Shown: positions 1 through 12,555 of the stretch, piece after piece
Numbering within the stretch: position 1 is the stretch's first letter
Layout of the letters: each line of letters opens with the position of its first letter
NCBI RefSeq assembly: GCF_030028105.1
Contig: NC_092382.1
Coordinates: 101,014,699-101,078,698, forward strand
Direction of reading: 5' to 3'
Source of the DNA: Mobula birostris
Lineage: Eukaryota
Length of the DNA: 64,000 nucleotides
The notes under the pieces: model-generated
The model's database searches: none
What the model saw: the letters and a program-made list of their open reading frames with translations, nothing else
Told to the model about the DNA's origin: nothing
Made by a program: the position numbers and the translations under genes

Positions 1-554
1 CCATTTATCGGTTGAAATCTCACTGGTATCTGTTCTGGGAAAGGTACGCCCTTTACCACAGGGATGGGCTACGCCTGAACGCGAGGGTGAACAAATTCTC
101 TTCCTGGCAGTTTTGCTGAAGGTATTCAGGAGGGTTTAAACTAATTATTAATCTACCAATAAGTCACTTATACAAACACAATATAGATTTGTTATTATCG
201 CCTGAAGCTAAAATGAACATTGCTTTGAACACCATCGCTGCAAATTATTTAAGCACTTAAGTTATAAATTTTTCTGTGGCTCAAAGGGGACTTGCCAAAT
301 TCCTTTAGCCTCGTAAGAAATTCGAGGCGGTCACTGTTTTTCTTTTCTGGGAAGTGTTTCTGAATTACTTCAGGCATCCTTGCCTTTTTCGCTGATCTGA
401 TTTCCTGATATTACGTACTGGGTTAGGTGGATGGGAAGAATCAAAAGGCAATTGCAGTGTGATGCAGCCGCGACCCGGACAGTGAAATTCAATGTGCAGC
501 GACCCCTACTGGTGGGAAATAGCGGGTTCTGAGCCTTCAGCGATTGTGCAGAAC

Positions 555-593
555 AGTTTTTGTCAGAGGCGGCTCGGCTTCTCAACCCCTGTG
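555..593 (-). promoter_or_regulatory. 23-bp-spacer RSS of V1
   Basis: CACAGGG + 23 nt + ACAAAAACT on the minus strand. Confidence 0.92.
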
Positions 594-1043
594 CGCTACT
601 GCAGGCGCAGAAATAGACGGCCGAGTGAGAGTGCGAGGCGTTCTTTAGTTCCAGTTGAAAGAAAGTACTGCTGGATCTTGTTGCCGCGTAGGATTTCGAC
701 GTGTAACTGTTGACTATACCTTTCCCAGCAGAATAAAAAAGAGCTTCGATTGCCCCGTCCGGTCGCTGTCTGTACCAATACATACTATTATAGTCCGAAT
801 TTAGCAGCGTACATTGGACGGTGCTTGACTCTCCCAATCCAACTGACAGGGAAGGGGGCGACTGCTCCACGTACGCGGCCAGAATCCCTGCAAGGGAGAA
901 ATTCCATTAGAGCCTAATTTCTCTCAGCAAATGGTAGCCCGTTCTCTGAACCTGAGTTACCTTCCCCAGAACAATTGTTATCCTGACTTACGCGGGATCA
1001 ATGCCAGGATCAGCGGAATACAATATGTTCCTCGCATCATCAT
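594..1043 (-). CDS. TRBV: TCR beta-like V segment V1 ('CACS' family), intact. Leader 992..1043, V exon 594..887
   Basis: Leader MMMRGTYCIPLILALIP ends at a GTAAGT donor; acceptor CTTGCAG. V exon reads GILAAYVEQSPPSLSVGLGESSTVQCTLLNSDYNSMYWYRQ...HSAVYFCACS with both canonical Cys and WYRQ. A 23-RSS follows directly. TRB assignment is by motif resemblance. Confidence 0.88.
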
Positions 1044-1129
1044 TGACAGGGTAGAATCTGGCGGGCTTTGGGATGGAGTGCCGTTCAGGACCAGCTTTCA
1101 GAAGTAATGTACTGTGTGGCTCGATATAA

Positions 1130-1175
1130 TTGCTGGTTCCGATTGGCCCTATGACGTCTGTCACTTCCTGTGTAA
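1130..1175 (-). promoter_or_regulatory. V1 promoter: CCAAT, CRE-like TGACGTC and ETS (CAGGAAGT) motifs
   Basis: Plus strand gattggccctatgacgtctgtcacttcctg, about 100 bp upstream of the leader ATG; equivalent motifs lie upstream of V4. Confidence 0.6.
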
Positions 1176-1281
1176 CTGCTGGGCGGTACGTTTTCCTTCT
1201 GTCGTCATTCGAAAGCCGGAAGAGAGTGGAGGTCGCAGTTTCTGCAGTGTCGCTTTCGTGAGGAATCGTCACTACAGGACT

Positions 1282-1322
1282 ACACACACACACACACACG
1301 CGCACACACACACACACACACA

Positions 1323-1359
<37 letters not shown>

Positions 1360-1400
1360 GCGCACAAACACCGAGACATACACAGTTACACACACACAAA
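1282..1400. repeat. (CA)n microsatellite
   Basis: Visible imperfect CA run. Confidence 0.95.
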
Positions 1401-1993
1401 CACATAGATACATAGCAGGAATTTCGTGGTGGGTGAATGAAACAGCTGTCGTTATACATCAGCTATGGGAAAACCGCTTGCCGTTCCTATTTAGAACAGA
1501 AACAAGCAATAATGTTCAGTATATTGCACACCCAGGGTGGGATCTATTGCTTCTTGGAATGGAATACGGCGAAAAAGCAGGAGGAGCGGCGAACTTGCTA
1601 TGTATCTATCTATCTTTCTGTCTATCTCTCTATCTATCTGTCTCTCTGTCTAATTGTCTATCTATGTATCTATCTATCTGTCTATCCACTTATCTCACTG
1701 AATTATCCGCAATGCATTTCTGTGTGTCTACTGTCTCACTGACTCTGGACCCGCAGGCTGAAAGAGCGTGAAAGTCAGAGGGAATTTCGTGGCGAGTCGT
1801 TGCATAATTTGTGGTCATACGGCAACCAAAGAACGTCGTTTGTCTCCTAGTAGGAAAAGAAGCGAAAGATCAACAGCAGCTCAGTGTGCGCCATGCCTCG
1901 GGTCGGGAAATCTCTCCTCCAGACGGAATACTGCGAAAGATGAGAAGGAGCAGCGAAGGTCTGCAGAGGTGATGATAAAGACAACACAGCATA

Positions 1994-2660
1994 CACTCAG
2001 TGGCCTCATTATTAGCTGCAGCTACGTACTGACAACACTGATATTCCGCTCTCTCCGTTGACAACCTGCTCTAACATCCATGGGGCAGTCAATCACTGTG
2101 CCGTTTTCAAACTTACAAACCAATCTATCCACGTTTACATTCAACCTACTCAGACGACGTGGCTACTTTATTGGACAGTTTAACACCAATCATTAATGAA
2201 AGTGTCTCTTCAGTCAATCTTGTTGCAGCAAATCAATGTATCAGAGCATGCAGAAATGGTCTAACGGTTCCTTAGAATAAGGAAGAAATGTAATCCAATT
2301 TACTTTGGCTGGAGAATGATTAGTGATGATAACCGGGAGAGGCTGCGTATCTCAGAAACGACTGAATTCCTGGATTATTCACGCACAACATTCTTTAGTG
2401 TTTACCGAGAATGGAGCGAAAAACTGTTGCGGTAATTATGCGGGTGAAAACGCCCTGCTACTGCCCGAGTTTAGAGGAGAATGGCCAGACTCTTTCACGC
2501 TGAGAGGGAGGCCTCAGTAGTTCAAGTGACCACGTGTTACAACAGCGGTGTGCGGAAGAGCATCTCTGAATACACAATATGTTGGACCTTGGAGCGGATG
2601 GGCTGCAATGCAGAAAACCACAAACATATAGAGAGTGGCCATTTTATCAGGTGCAGGAGG
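1994..2660 (+). mobile_element. Tc1/mariner-like non-autonomous remnant
   Basis: Begins TA|CACTCAGTGGC (terminal-repeat-like). Internal sequence recurs at ~14430-14730, ~18230-18570 and ~20010-20240. The last copy translates to 'GLCISGIAVLPGFSRTTVSR', resembling the Tc1 transposase N-terminal HTH. Confidence 0.6.
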
Positions 2661-2879
2661 TCACCAAATGGATGCTCTCCCCATTAATTACATATGTACA
2701 CAAGACATGGATGTATGTGCGGGATGTTAGCGTTTGTACAGATGCATCCGTCGAGCAAACTTTTACAGATGCACCGGTATAACATTTGCACGTTGCTGCG
2801 TGCCGTTCCAGTAGGACAATGTGCAGCGATACACAGAGTACTGCTGCCCCCACGTGGCCAAAGTCCCGTTCTGCACCTC

Positions 2880-3370
2880 TTGGTGGTAAGCAGTATGTTT
2901 TTCTGTGGTCAGAGACTTGCGTTCTAGCGCTGTGGATGGCGTGCGGAAAAGTGTAAGCATTGGACGTTTTAGACCGAGAAGCTTCATCAGGACTGAGAGG
3001 GAAAGGTAGGCTGGATGGCGGGTGCGATTCTTGAATTAAAAATTGCCGCATTGGTAAAAGGCCGGCTAGAAGGTTATAGATGAAGACAGGTGGAAGGGAA
3101 AGGACAAGGACTGGAGTGGGAAGAATATGATAGGAGAGGAGACGAAAACAGGGGAAGGGGAAGTAGGTGAGGGCCAAAGGGGGAACTAATAGTCAGGCGA
3201 GAAGAACTAAAATGAAACAGTAAGACACACCATCAGGTTGAACGGTGCCCAGATGAAATGTAAGAGGTTGTTTCTCTACCTTGAGGGTGGCGTCCTCTTC
3301 ACACGAGGGGTCGTCATGGACCGACACGTCGGAAGGTGAAGGGGAATCGGGATTACAATGCTTGGCCACA
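2880..3370 (-). mobile_element. Penelope-like element 3' fragment (GIY-YIG C-terminus plus tail with degenerate hammerhead)
   Basis: Minus-strand translation ...KHCNPDSPSPSDVSVHDDPSCEEDATLKVEKQPLTFHLGTVQPDG resembles the PLE endonuclease C-terminus; the tail contains CTGATGA...AAAACGTC at 2963..2995. Confidence 0.7.
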
Positions 3371-3931
3371 GTGAATTCCCTGTGCAGTTATGCGGTGAAA
3401 AGCTGGTTCGCAGAGATCAATTCATAACATTTTGAATTGAGATAGAGAAAAGTAATTTCATAAATTCGATTACTTTTGCTGCGTCTATGGAGTTACAGTG
3501 AAAAGTTGTTCTTGCACACAGATCAAATCATTGGCATAGAATAAGGTTCATCAGTAATGTTTAAAAACGCCGGAGAAAACCGCCATACAGGTGAACAAGG
3601 CTGCAGACAGGTAGATTGTGAAGTCGAGAATCCACATTTTTGTACCATCCTCGAGCATAAGAGACGGGTAACAAAGGCAGCGAGCTGCTGGAGTCGTGAC
3701 TGGAGCTCTTTATTGTCATCGGCTGCTTTATTGAGGTAACGAGGTGTATGGACAGAGGGCGTATTTGAGCGATGTGCTGAGCTGTGCCTAGCGCCTTCTC
3801 GGGTTTCCTGCCGACAATTGCAGAGCAGATGCAACAACAGGCCTTTAGTCATCAAACCCCTGTGCTTGTCTATCCGATATATAAGATAGCAGGAGCAGGC
3901 GGGGAAACCAGGCCGAGTGCAGCCCGTTGCT

Positions 3932-4037
3932 GACAGAAAGGGGCATCCGAACTCGGTCAGGTGCTGCCACCTACTGGTAGAACATGGCCACTGAACGTCC
4001 CTGCTCCAGGCTGTAGTGGGAGACTAGTTATCTCAAT
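3932..4037 (-). pseudogene. Orphan 3' flank of a V5-like segment: CTCF motif and RSS spacer, with V, heptamer and most of nonamer missing
   Basis: Aligns by eye to 18701..18817; spacer agtgggagactagttatctcaat (4015..4037) differs by 1 nt from the V5 spacer. Confidence 0.75.
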
Positions 4038-6044
4038 GCGGGATGTAACCGCCATCGTGTTCTCTTCCCTGTTGAGGAAAGTGATGTTATGCACGGTGGT
4101 TCGGGCTCCCAAATCACCTCAAAACTGAACTATGTCAAACCCTATGACCTCACTTCCACGATCTCTACAAATCATTTTCTCAGTGTTGCTTTTTGTACTT
4201 ACTTAATTCGTCTTCTGCTTCTTTGCTCTGTTTGAAATTGCTCACTTTGTCTTCCTTTACAAACCGATTTTCCGTCTTCCCGTTTAGTTGTTAATCAATC
4301 ATGTACTGGAATTAAAATGGGTGACCAGTGTGAGATCCGAATTCTTTCAGCGCCCTCTAGTGTTGCGATTACTCCCATTCCGACATTAATAAATGTTACC
4401 TGATAGACGAAGCAGGTGGGTGTGGAATGTCAAGGGCTGGAGAAGAAAGAATCTGATGGGGCCAATGTGGAGGACGGGGCCCAGTGGGACACCCCCAATT
4501 CTCACACATAATTCTCCTCACCCTACCTTCGCCGATACCCACAAATCCGCACGCACCCCCAGATCCGGCACCCAACCCACCCCACGAATCCTGTGAAGTC
4601 TGTCACCTTTAGTGATCGTCAAAGTGTACATTAATAACCCGCTGTTCCTCCAAAGTACGCCGTGTTATACCTTTCACGATGTCTGTCTCACCGGTATTAC
4701 CCTATCTCTCTCTATCTTTTATCATTATCCGGCTGTCCCCTAGTACTCCGAACCTCCTCTGTCATTCGATTCTCGGCACCATTCCCAGGGTTTGTCCGAC
4801 AAGTACATATTCGACCCTCTGTCCATCAATACTCCCTGTAATTCACGCTGAGTGTCCTACTGGTGTACTCCGAGATCGCTCAGTCCCTCGACAATCCCCA
4901 CCATTGAATGTGTGGGTCCTACCCCCGTGGAACGAGGTCGCTCTGTCCTTCGACGCTCCGAACCATTGTTGACGTGTGTCCTGTACCCGTACACAGAGCT
5001 GCCTCTGTCCCTCGCCACTCCCTACCATTCACGGTGCGTGTCCCACCCTCGTACACCGAGGTTCCCCTATCGCTCGACACTCAGCGCCGATCAGGAAGTG
5101 GATCCTCACCTTGTACTCTGAGATCCCTCGATCGTCCCCTTAGGTCCCACCCTTATGAAGCCAAGTCCCTTTCTTTCTCCACCGTCCGAGAGTCCCTGCA
5201 TTCTGAATTTCCACGGACGGACAAAGGACATATATTGCGGGAGATTGATCTTGGAGGCCATTATCATTGGCGCCCTCAAATCTTGAGATCCTCCCGGACC
5301 GATGGTGTGTGGGAAGATTGTACACAACAAGGGTAGATAAAGTGCGGCGATATCTTCACCATTAAGAAGGGAGGAAATTAAAGACCAGGGTGCAATAGCT
5401 CCGCCCTTTATTTCACTGATTCACCGCTAGGGCACACCGCCCGACTGATAGTCCCTCCACACGGCCTATGATTTACAGACGTCTTCTTTCCTGTGTTGCT
5501 GCCAGCAGCGACACATTTCTCTGTTTTACTAATTTGTACCCAACCGCTTGTTCTTTCCGTTCCCTGATATTGACACCCACCTACCTCTTATAATCTCACC
5601 AGTCCATCAAGTCCTTCTGGTTCCGCTCCTCCTGCCCCTTTTCCCATGATCCACCGCTCTCCTGTGTCCGGTTACTTCTACTTCCTCTCTGTATCTCCTC
5701 CAGCTATTTCGTCCCAGCATCTCATACAGGAGTCCTCACAACCCCATCCACCCATCTCTACCCCTCGCCAGATCGTTTATATCATCTTCCAGCCTGTACT
5801 TCTTCGAAGAGTGTGCTCCACCCAGTGCACACCATTTTTCGCTGGGCACTACATACCATGGACTCTTTGTTAGTCATACTCTTATATACCCACTGTGCCT
5901 CGACACTCCCCACCATTCATAACGTTTACGCCCTATCCTTATACACCTGGGTTGCCTCTGTTCCTCAACTCTCCCGAACGTCTGTGCTTCGGCGATTTAA
6001 CAAAAGCGATAAAGAGCGGTAGCATTGATCCTGTGGACGGCACA

Positions 6045-7186
6045 TGATGAGCGTGGCATAAGGGCGAAGCTGGGAGCGGACCCAAATGCAAGACACAGAC
6101 ACTGAAGTACAATGAACAGGACTAGGTTAGTCAGGAAAGCAAGGAAAGTGGAAAAGAAAATACGTTGGACATGACACAGTCCCTGGACGAGACAAGGATA
6201 CAGGGTCTGGGCTAGGACTTGACTAGGATAACGGAACCAGGACATGGAACGTGGAACTAGGAGACTGGGGTTTTACTCCGAGCTAGAGGCTGGACAAGGA
6301 CCCGAAACCTGGGTCTTGATTCGGGCTCGGACCCCGGATGTAGGCGAAGACATGACGAGGCTTGGGTTCTTGGAGGCTAGGCACTTTGAGGCTTGGGTAT
6401 GGACTCCGAGGCAGAAACTGGGCAAGTATCCAGAACCTGGGCCTTGACTGGGGCTCGAAGTCCAGAACTAGGCGATGGCAAGGCGTGGCTATAGGACGAG
6501 GAGAGGCAACAGGACTGGACGTGAGACTCCTGGACAGGACAAGGGAACTGCAGCACAGGATGAGGGACACCAGCACCGGGCTGGGCAAGGTACTCCTGGG
6601 CTGGGCGAGACACATAGAGAAGACGAGAACACAAAGCCATGCCTTGGACATGACAGGGTTCCTGGATCGTGGCTAGGATTAGACGAGACCCCGAAGCCTT
6701 GATTAGGTCGACGGAGAGACAAGAACGCAGAGTTTTGGTCGAGGGAGAGACAGGAACATGGAATACAGATCCGGTACCCCTACCTGGGCTCAGTACACAG
6801 AATGCAGAATACAAGCAGGCGGTTCCGAAACAAGGCAGCGGCAGACGACCGGACCTACCTATCGAGGGCGTGGACACAGAGACAGTTCAAAACAACAATG
6901 GACAGCTCCTTATCTTGCTCCGGCGATGGAACTTGACAGTGGTTCAGGCGAGGGTCACAGGCGAGGCAAAACTTCAAGCGAGGAAACAGAAGGCAGGGGA
7001 AGGGAAAGGAAAGGATACAGACAGCGGGTATGGACAGGATCAATCCAGCAGCCAGATGCTGAATCCTGAAAGTATTTATGAAGTCAGCAGCCTCAACAGA
7101 AACGGGGGAAAACCGGAAAACCAGGAATAAGGAGCATGGACCTGGCCGTGAACAGGAATGCGGATTTCAAGAACCGGACCATGACA
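6045..7186. mobile_element. Putative solo LTR / LTR-like insertion
   Basis: Bounded by TG...CA (the minus strand begins TGTCATGGTCC); flanks gcaca/ggaca are a possible 5-bp TSD with one mismatch; internally repetitive, no recognisable protein domain. Confidence 0.4.
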
Positions 7187-7474
7187 GGACAATGGGCAGT
7201 CGCACTCAAAAGTTGCGAGCATCTCGCAGTGCAAATATGCGGGAGGATTGTACATGAAAATGCAGGATGGAGTGGAGAGATTAGTACGTGGATTATCTCC
7301 ACCCATATGAATGCTTAATAAGGGTAGGAGATTAAATGCAATAGTTCCGCCCCTTCTCTCACTGATTGCTCGATAAGGCGCAGCGCCTTGACTGATAGAC
7401 CCTCCTCCCAACCGCAGATTTACAGACGTCGCATTTCCTTTTCAGCTGCCAGCAGCGACCTTCCTGACAGTGAG

Positions 7475-7513
7475 AGTTTTTGTACAGCTTCCCCATCACT
7501 CTGAACCGCCGTG
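7475..7513 (-). promoter_or_regulatory. 23-RSS of V2
   Basis: CACGGCG + 23 nt + ACAAAAACT. Confidence 0.88.
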
Positions 7514-8157
7514 ATTACTCCACGCGAAAAAATACACCGCGGACGAATTCGTTTCCAGCTTGTCGGACTTCAGAGAGAACTCGTTGGTATGCGGTCTCTC
7601 CGCCGTAAAACCGTCGACCGATCCCTTGGGGTACACGGAATTAGCTGTGATTGAGTAAAATATGTTCTCCGGACCCTTTCCCGGGTATTGTCGGTACCAG
7701 TACAACCGGTTATCAGCACTGGTGCTACCCTCGACTGTGCAACGCAGGGTCACCTTCTGGCCGGCAGTTCCGGAGAAAGCCGGCGTCTGGTGGATCGTCA
7801 CCGAGGTCGCGTCTGGAAAAAAGAGACGGGCTTGGCTGAACGGAGAGAAGGGAAGCGGAAATGCGGATCAATGGGGATGGGGATAAACAGGGTGTGCATC
7901 GAAGTATACAAAAAGAAGATGACTGAAGAGGGGGACATTTGGAGAGGAGATCGGAATTTAATGGCGGCGGCAGAGGGCAGGTCGTCTGCGGACGCGATGG
8001 ACCGCAAATAAATAAGGAATGAGTCCGAGAGGACGGGAGGGCAAAGCAAGTGGAAGGAACGTGAAAGGAAGGCAGAAGCAGAGAATGAAAAAAAAAATAA
8101 TATTTGGAACTTTTACTCACAGCGGAAGGCGAGGATGAATTGCAGAAACAGAAACAT
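7514..8157 (-). pseudogene. TRBV: TCR beta-like V segment V2 ('CAWS', TRBV30-like family) with second canonical Cys replaced by Phe. Leader 8121..8157, V exon 7514..7812
   Basis: Leader MFLFLQFILAFR with GTGAGT donor; exon TIHQTPAFSGTAGQKVTLRCTVEG...LYWYRQYPGKGP...SAVYFFAWS, codon TTC where paralogue V3 has TGC. Confidence 0.85.
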
Positions 8158-10274
8158 CTTCCTTGGAGGGTTTACTCTCTCAGTGATGAAAGTGGTCCGG
8201 GCGGCAGAGACGAATTCATTCACTTCCATCCGGTTTGTTACATAACCCAGTGACGTAGGTGGATTTGAGGGCGTAGCAATTGGCCACGCCCCTTCCATAA
8301 TCCAACCCGATTCTAGGGCTGCTGCTTACGGTCGACCAGTATGGACTCGCAATACGCTCTCTCTGTCGCTGTTCCGGTTCCTCCCTCTCCCTTCTTTCCT
8401 CTTCCCCTTTAGCTCACCGTGTGCAATTTGTTAATGCTCCCAAGACTTTGTAATTTCGGAAATCTACACAAACCGGTGAAAGAAAACGGACCACAATGCA
8501 CCTCGCTTTCGCTGAAATCGCTGGTATGTCGTGATGTGGGCCTGGCGCTGTACCGTCTGAAACATTGTGTCCTGTATGGATCAGCCCTCGGTAGAAAATC
8601 TCTCTCTTTCTCAGTCTCCGTATCTTTCTGGCTCTCTTTCTCTGTCCATATCATTATTTCTATGTCTGGCTCTTAGCGCTTGTCGACACCCATCCAATTT
8701 GTTCCCTTTCATACCTTTCGAGAAGTGCAAGATAACTTTTACCCTAGCTCTTTTACGCTCCCTAGTGGTAGCAACCTGTGCCTTCACATGCCGCCCACCC
8801 TCCTATCTTGCTAAATTGCAGAGAGGTAGAGAGAGCAGATCTGATAGGAAGACGATATTTTTCTTCACTATCATTCCGCAAGGATATGTGTCCTTGCCTT
8901 TCTTCATGCTCTTACCAAGGTTCGAGGTTGCAGATATACCCAGCATGAATAAAATGTAACTCTTTCCCGAGAGGGGTCGCAATGGAAGCTTTGGCCGAGG
9001 GTAGGTTCAGTGAGTTGACTCCCTAAGCAGCAAAATGCATGGAGCATGAAAGTGCGATCTCGCGTATACGTTAATCACCTGATCTGCCACGCCGACTGCC
9101 CGGCGTCCACTCGCTGATTGTCAGCAGAAATCTCGTGATGAAGGGGCTCGTCTCAAAACGTCCGAATCATTCTCGTACGCCTTCTTTAAACGTTCTCTAA
9201 TTTCAACTCATCCGATCATAGATAAAGGGCCCAAAACAGTTCACAATACTCAATCTGAGGCCTGATGGGCCCTTTCTAAAATCTCAACATTACATCTTAC
9301 ATATTAGAGTGGTCTCGAATGCTGACATCGCATTTGCTTTACTCACCACCGACTGAACCGGCCATTGAACATTTGGGAAATCGTTCCCAAGTCCCTCTGA
9401 ATCTCGTATTTTTGAATTTTCTCTGCAGTTAGTAAATTGCTACAGCTTTTATTTCTTCCACTGAAGTGCATGATAATACCGTTCTCCAAAGTACCATTCC
9501 TTTGCCCTTTCTACCAATCTGTTCGCAGTCCTTCTGCAGTGATTGCACCTCCAGTCTCATCCCTTATCTTCGTACTGCTCGCAGAGTTACCCACGAAGCC
9601 ATCAGTTCCGTCATCCAACGTATAATCGTAGACTTTCATTTTCCTTTCATCCAAATGATATGGGCCGTGTGCTTGACGTTTGGATTATCTTGGAAAGAAC
9701 GTGGAACATAAGCCCATAACACTTAATAGCAGCTTCAGGCCATTATCGCGTCTGTTTAAAATGCATCTACTGACATTCACTGAGTTGTATTCCCAGTGCT
9801 TACTTCCCCATTATGTCTTGTCACATTTTCGATTCCCCATTCTGGTTACCTTCTCAGCCCTTCCGTTCTCCTCACTTTCCCATCACCTTCCACTGGTTCT
9901 CCTCTCTTTCCCTTTACTCTCTGTCCTGTCGTGACAGATTTCATCTTTCACTGTCCTTTACCTCTCCATTCTATCCCCCTCTAGTTTCCTGTATCATCTC
10001 CCAACTTCTCACGCATCGGCCGCCGTCTTGCAAACCTTCTCCGGCCCCACTGCTGCTCTATTCTTTTCCAGTGTTGATGAAGGGTCTCCGTCTGAGGCTT
10101 CTCCTCCATAGATGCTGTCTGACGAGCCGAGTTCCTCGAGGGTTTTGAATCTGGAGTATCGGATACGCTCCTCTCGTAATCCGCCTCCCGCAGTCTGTGA
10201 TCGGTGCCCTCCGCGGCCGTGATGCTGGAACCCGGGCCCCCCGTTCGGTGACGGGGTCGGTGATACTGTCCTTA

Positions 10275-10356
<82 letters not shown>

Positions 10357-11139
10357 GTGCTTTACGAAACAAGTCTCGATCGCCACAATCCTGATGGCAT
10401 AAACATCAATTTGTCCACCTGATGATGATCTCTCCCGTCCCGCTTCCCTGTTTTCACCAATCCCTATTCTGCACACACTCTCACCTCGTCACTTCACCTC
10501 ACCTCCCAATGACCTCCCTCTGGCTCCTCTCCACCTTCCATTTGTTCTAACGTGCACTACCCTCGCCTTTCAGATTCCTTCTTGTTCAGCCGTTTAGCTG
10601 TTCGACCTACCACCACCCAGCTTCTCACATCTAGTCCGGAAAACCCTAGACACCCAGCATCTATTCGTCTGGTCTTTGCTGTCAAACTGGCAGCTTGTAC
10701 TCTTTCCCCTCCTCCACCTTCTTCTTTTTCTTTTGGCCTCCGCACCGTTCCCTTCCAGTCCACTGCCTGGAGCTCAAGGTATTTTGTATTTGCAAAATCG
10801 CTTGTCATCTGCTATTATCTTTCCAGCAGCGCCTCCCTCAGGCCAGCCACGCATGTGTTCAGCACCCCAATCTCTTTAATTTGTTACATTTCAGCGCCCC
10901 CTGCTGGCCGGCTGATCCGGAGAAAGACCGGACAGGTGGAGGCGTGTGGGCTCCGATCAAGGTGAATGAACGCGAAGGACCGGTTGGGGGGCGGGGGGGG
11001 CGGGGTGCAAACCACAGATAGAATGAGACCACGTTTTAAAGGATCGTCGACTCAGGCTAAAGAGGCCAGCGTCGGGCATTTTCATGCCTTACAAGGCGCG
11101 GAAAGAAAGACTGTGCGGCGTGGCACTCCTCACACAGAC

Positions 11140-11252
11140 AGAGAGGTTGGTATGGTTAAGTGCCTTACTCAAGGACACAGCACGCTGCCTCAGGGTTCGA
11201 GTCGGCGACCTTCAGATCAGCAGACGAACGGCTTAACCCCTTGGCCACGTGA
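11140..11252 (-). mobile_element. tRNA-derived SINE 5' fragment
   Basis: Minus strand: A-box-like TGGCCAAGGGG, B-box-like GACTCGAACCC, then gtgtccttgagtaaggcacttaa shared with the SINE at 50353. Confidence 0.7.
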
Positions 11253-11379
11253 CTACGTTTTAAAGGGGTAAGACAAATGTAAGGAAAACGGAGAGAAAGA
11301 AGGAAGGAAAGGATAAAAATAGTGTAACTCACTAACGCCAGAGGGATAAAGTCAGTTGCAGCAACGGAACCATACAATT

Positions 11380-11750
11380 CCCTTCACCATTCCCCATTCC
11401 CATTTCCAGCTTTCACCTTATCCCCTCCTGCGCATCATGTCCCTCTGGTACTGCACCCGCTTTTCCTTCTCCCATGGCCTTCTGTCCTCTCCCATCAGAT
11501 CCCCCCGTCTCCAGCCCTGTCAATCAACTTCCAGCTCTTTACTTCAACATCATCCCCCGCCCCCCACTCTAACCCGGAGTCTCCCATTACGTTGTGTTTC
11601 TTACTCCCCTCCCCACACCTTTGTACTCAGACTCATCTTTTACTTCTCCCGTCCTGATGAAGGTTCTCGGCAAAAAGCGTCGAATGTACTCTTTTCCAAA
11701 GAGGATGGCTTGCCTGCTGAGTTGCTCCAGGAATTTGTGTGTGTCGCTTC
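11380..11750 (+). mobile_element. Penelope-like 3' tail with degenerate hammerhead motif
   Basis: Pyrimidine-rich tail ending gtcCTGATGAaggttctcggcaaaaagCGTCgaatgtac, homologous to the other PLE tails in this window. Confidence 0.55.
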
Positions 11751-12516
11751 CATCTTTCCCAAGTTCCATTCTGTCCATTACACAGCCTATCATTTGCTCT
11801 TCCGATCACCTCGCTCTCATTTATGCTCGCTTTTCGATGATTCGCATTTGGATAACTCTTCAGTTCAGGTGCCACGCCTGTTTTGTAACTGTTTTTTTTT
11901 CCGATTTGCTCGATCTAATCGAGGCGCTTCATTGCGGAACAGGTTCCGTGTATGTGAACTGCATTCACCGACAGAGAGCTCAGCACAAATCACTCCGTGA
12001 CATCGGTGACCGCTTCCGCGGTTTCGGTGATTTGATGTTTAATAGTTTGTTTGCTGGCTCGCTGCTGTTCCTTTTTTCTCTCGTGTGATGGGCGTTTCAT
12101 GATGTACTTTTAAAGGATTCCATAGTTTTTCTTTGTTTCGTGCTGCCAGCGGGAGGATTCACGGTGTGTATCCGGTCCCTGCACGCCGTCACTCCCCCGT
12201 CACTCACCACCATTCACACAAAGAGCGGGAGATCTGAGCGCTGTTCGGACACACACAGAAGACACGATCTTTCCGTAAAGAGGATTTGTGGGAAGACTGC
12301 ACATGACAGGAAAGGATGAGGTGAGAAATCAGCAGGCGGATTATCTTCAGCCTTCTGAATGCTGAAGGGGGGGACCTGAAAATCTATATGACCGCCCCAT
12401 CTTTCACTGATTGGCAGCTGCGGCGCACCGCCTGACTGATAGACCCGCCTCCCACCCTATGATTTACAGCCATCGTATTTCCTGTTTCGCTGCAAAAGCG
12501 ACCCGACTGACGGAGA

Positions 12517-12555
12517 AGCTTTTGTACAGCTGCTCCATCAGTCTGAGCCACCGTG
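12517..12555 (-). promoter_or_regulatory. 23-RSS of V3
   Basis: CACGGTG + 23 nt + ACAAAAGCT. Confidence 0.88.

Noticed and set aside
370-593. C-terminal extensions of V ORFs beyond CACS/CAWS/CAAS (also in V4, V11, V13)
   Set aside because: These are read-through translations of the RSS and 3' flank, not coding sequence.
988-1771. ORFs such as MCVCVC..., THTHTH... and YLSIYL...
   Set aside because: Artefacts of (CA)n and (TATC)n microsatellites; the same applies at 10009..10476, 16524..16853, 45652..45891, 48395..48778 and 50617..51045.
6362-7130. Cluster of overlapping ORFs of 100-166 aa
   Set aside because: Low-complexity translations from an LTR-like repeat; no domain motifs.
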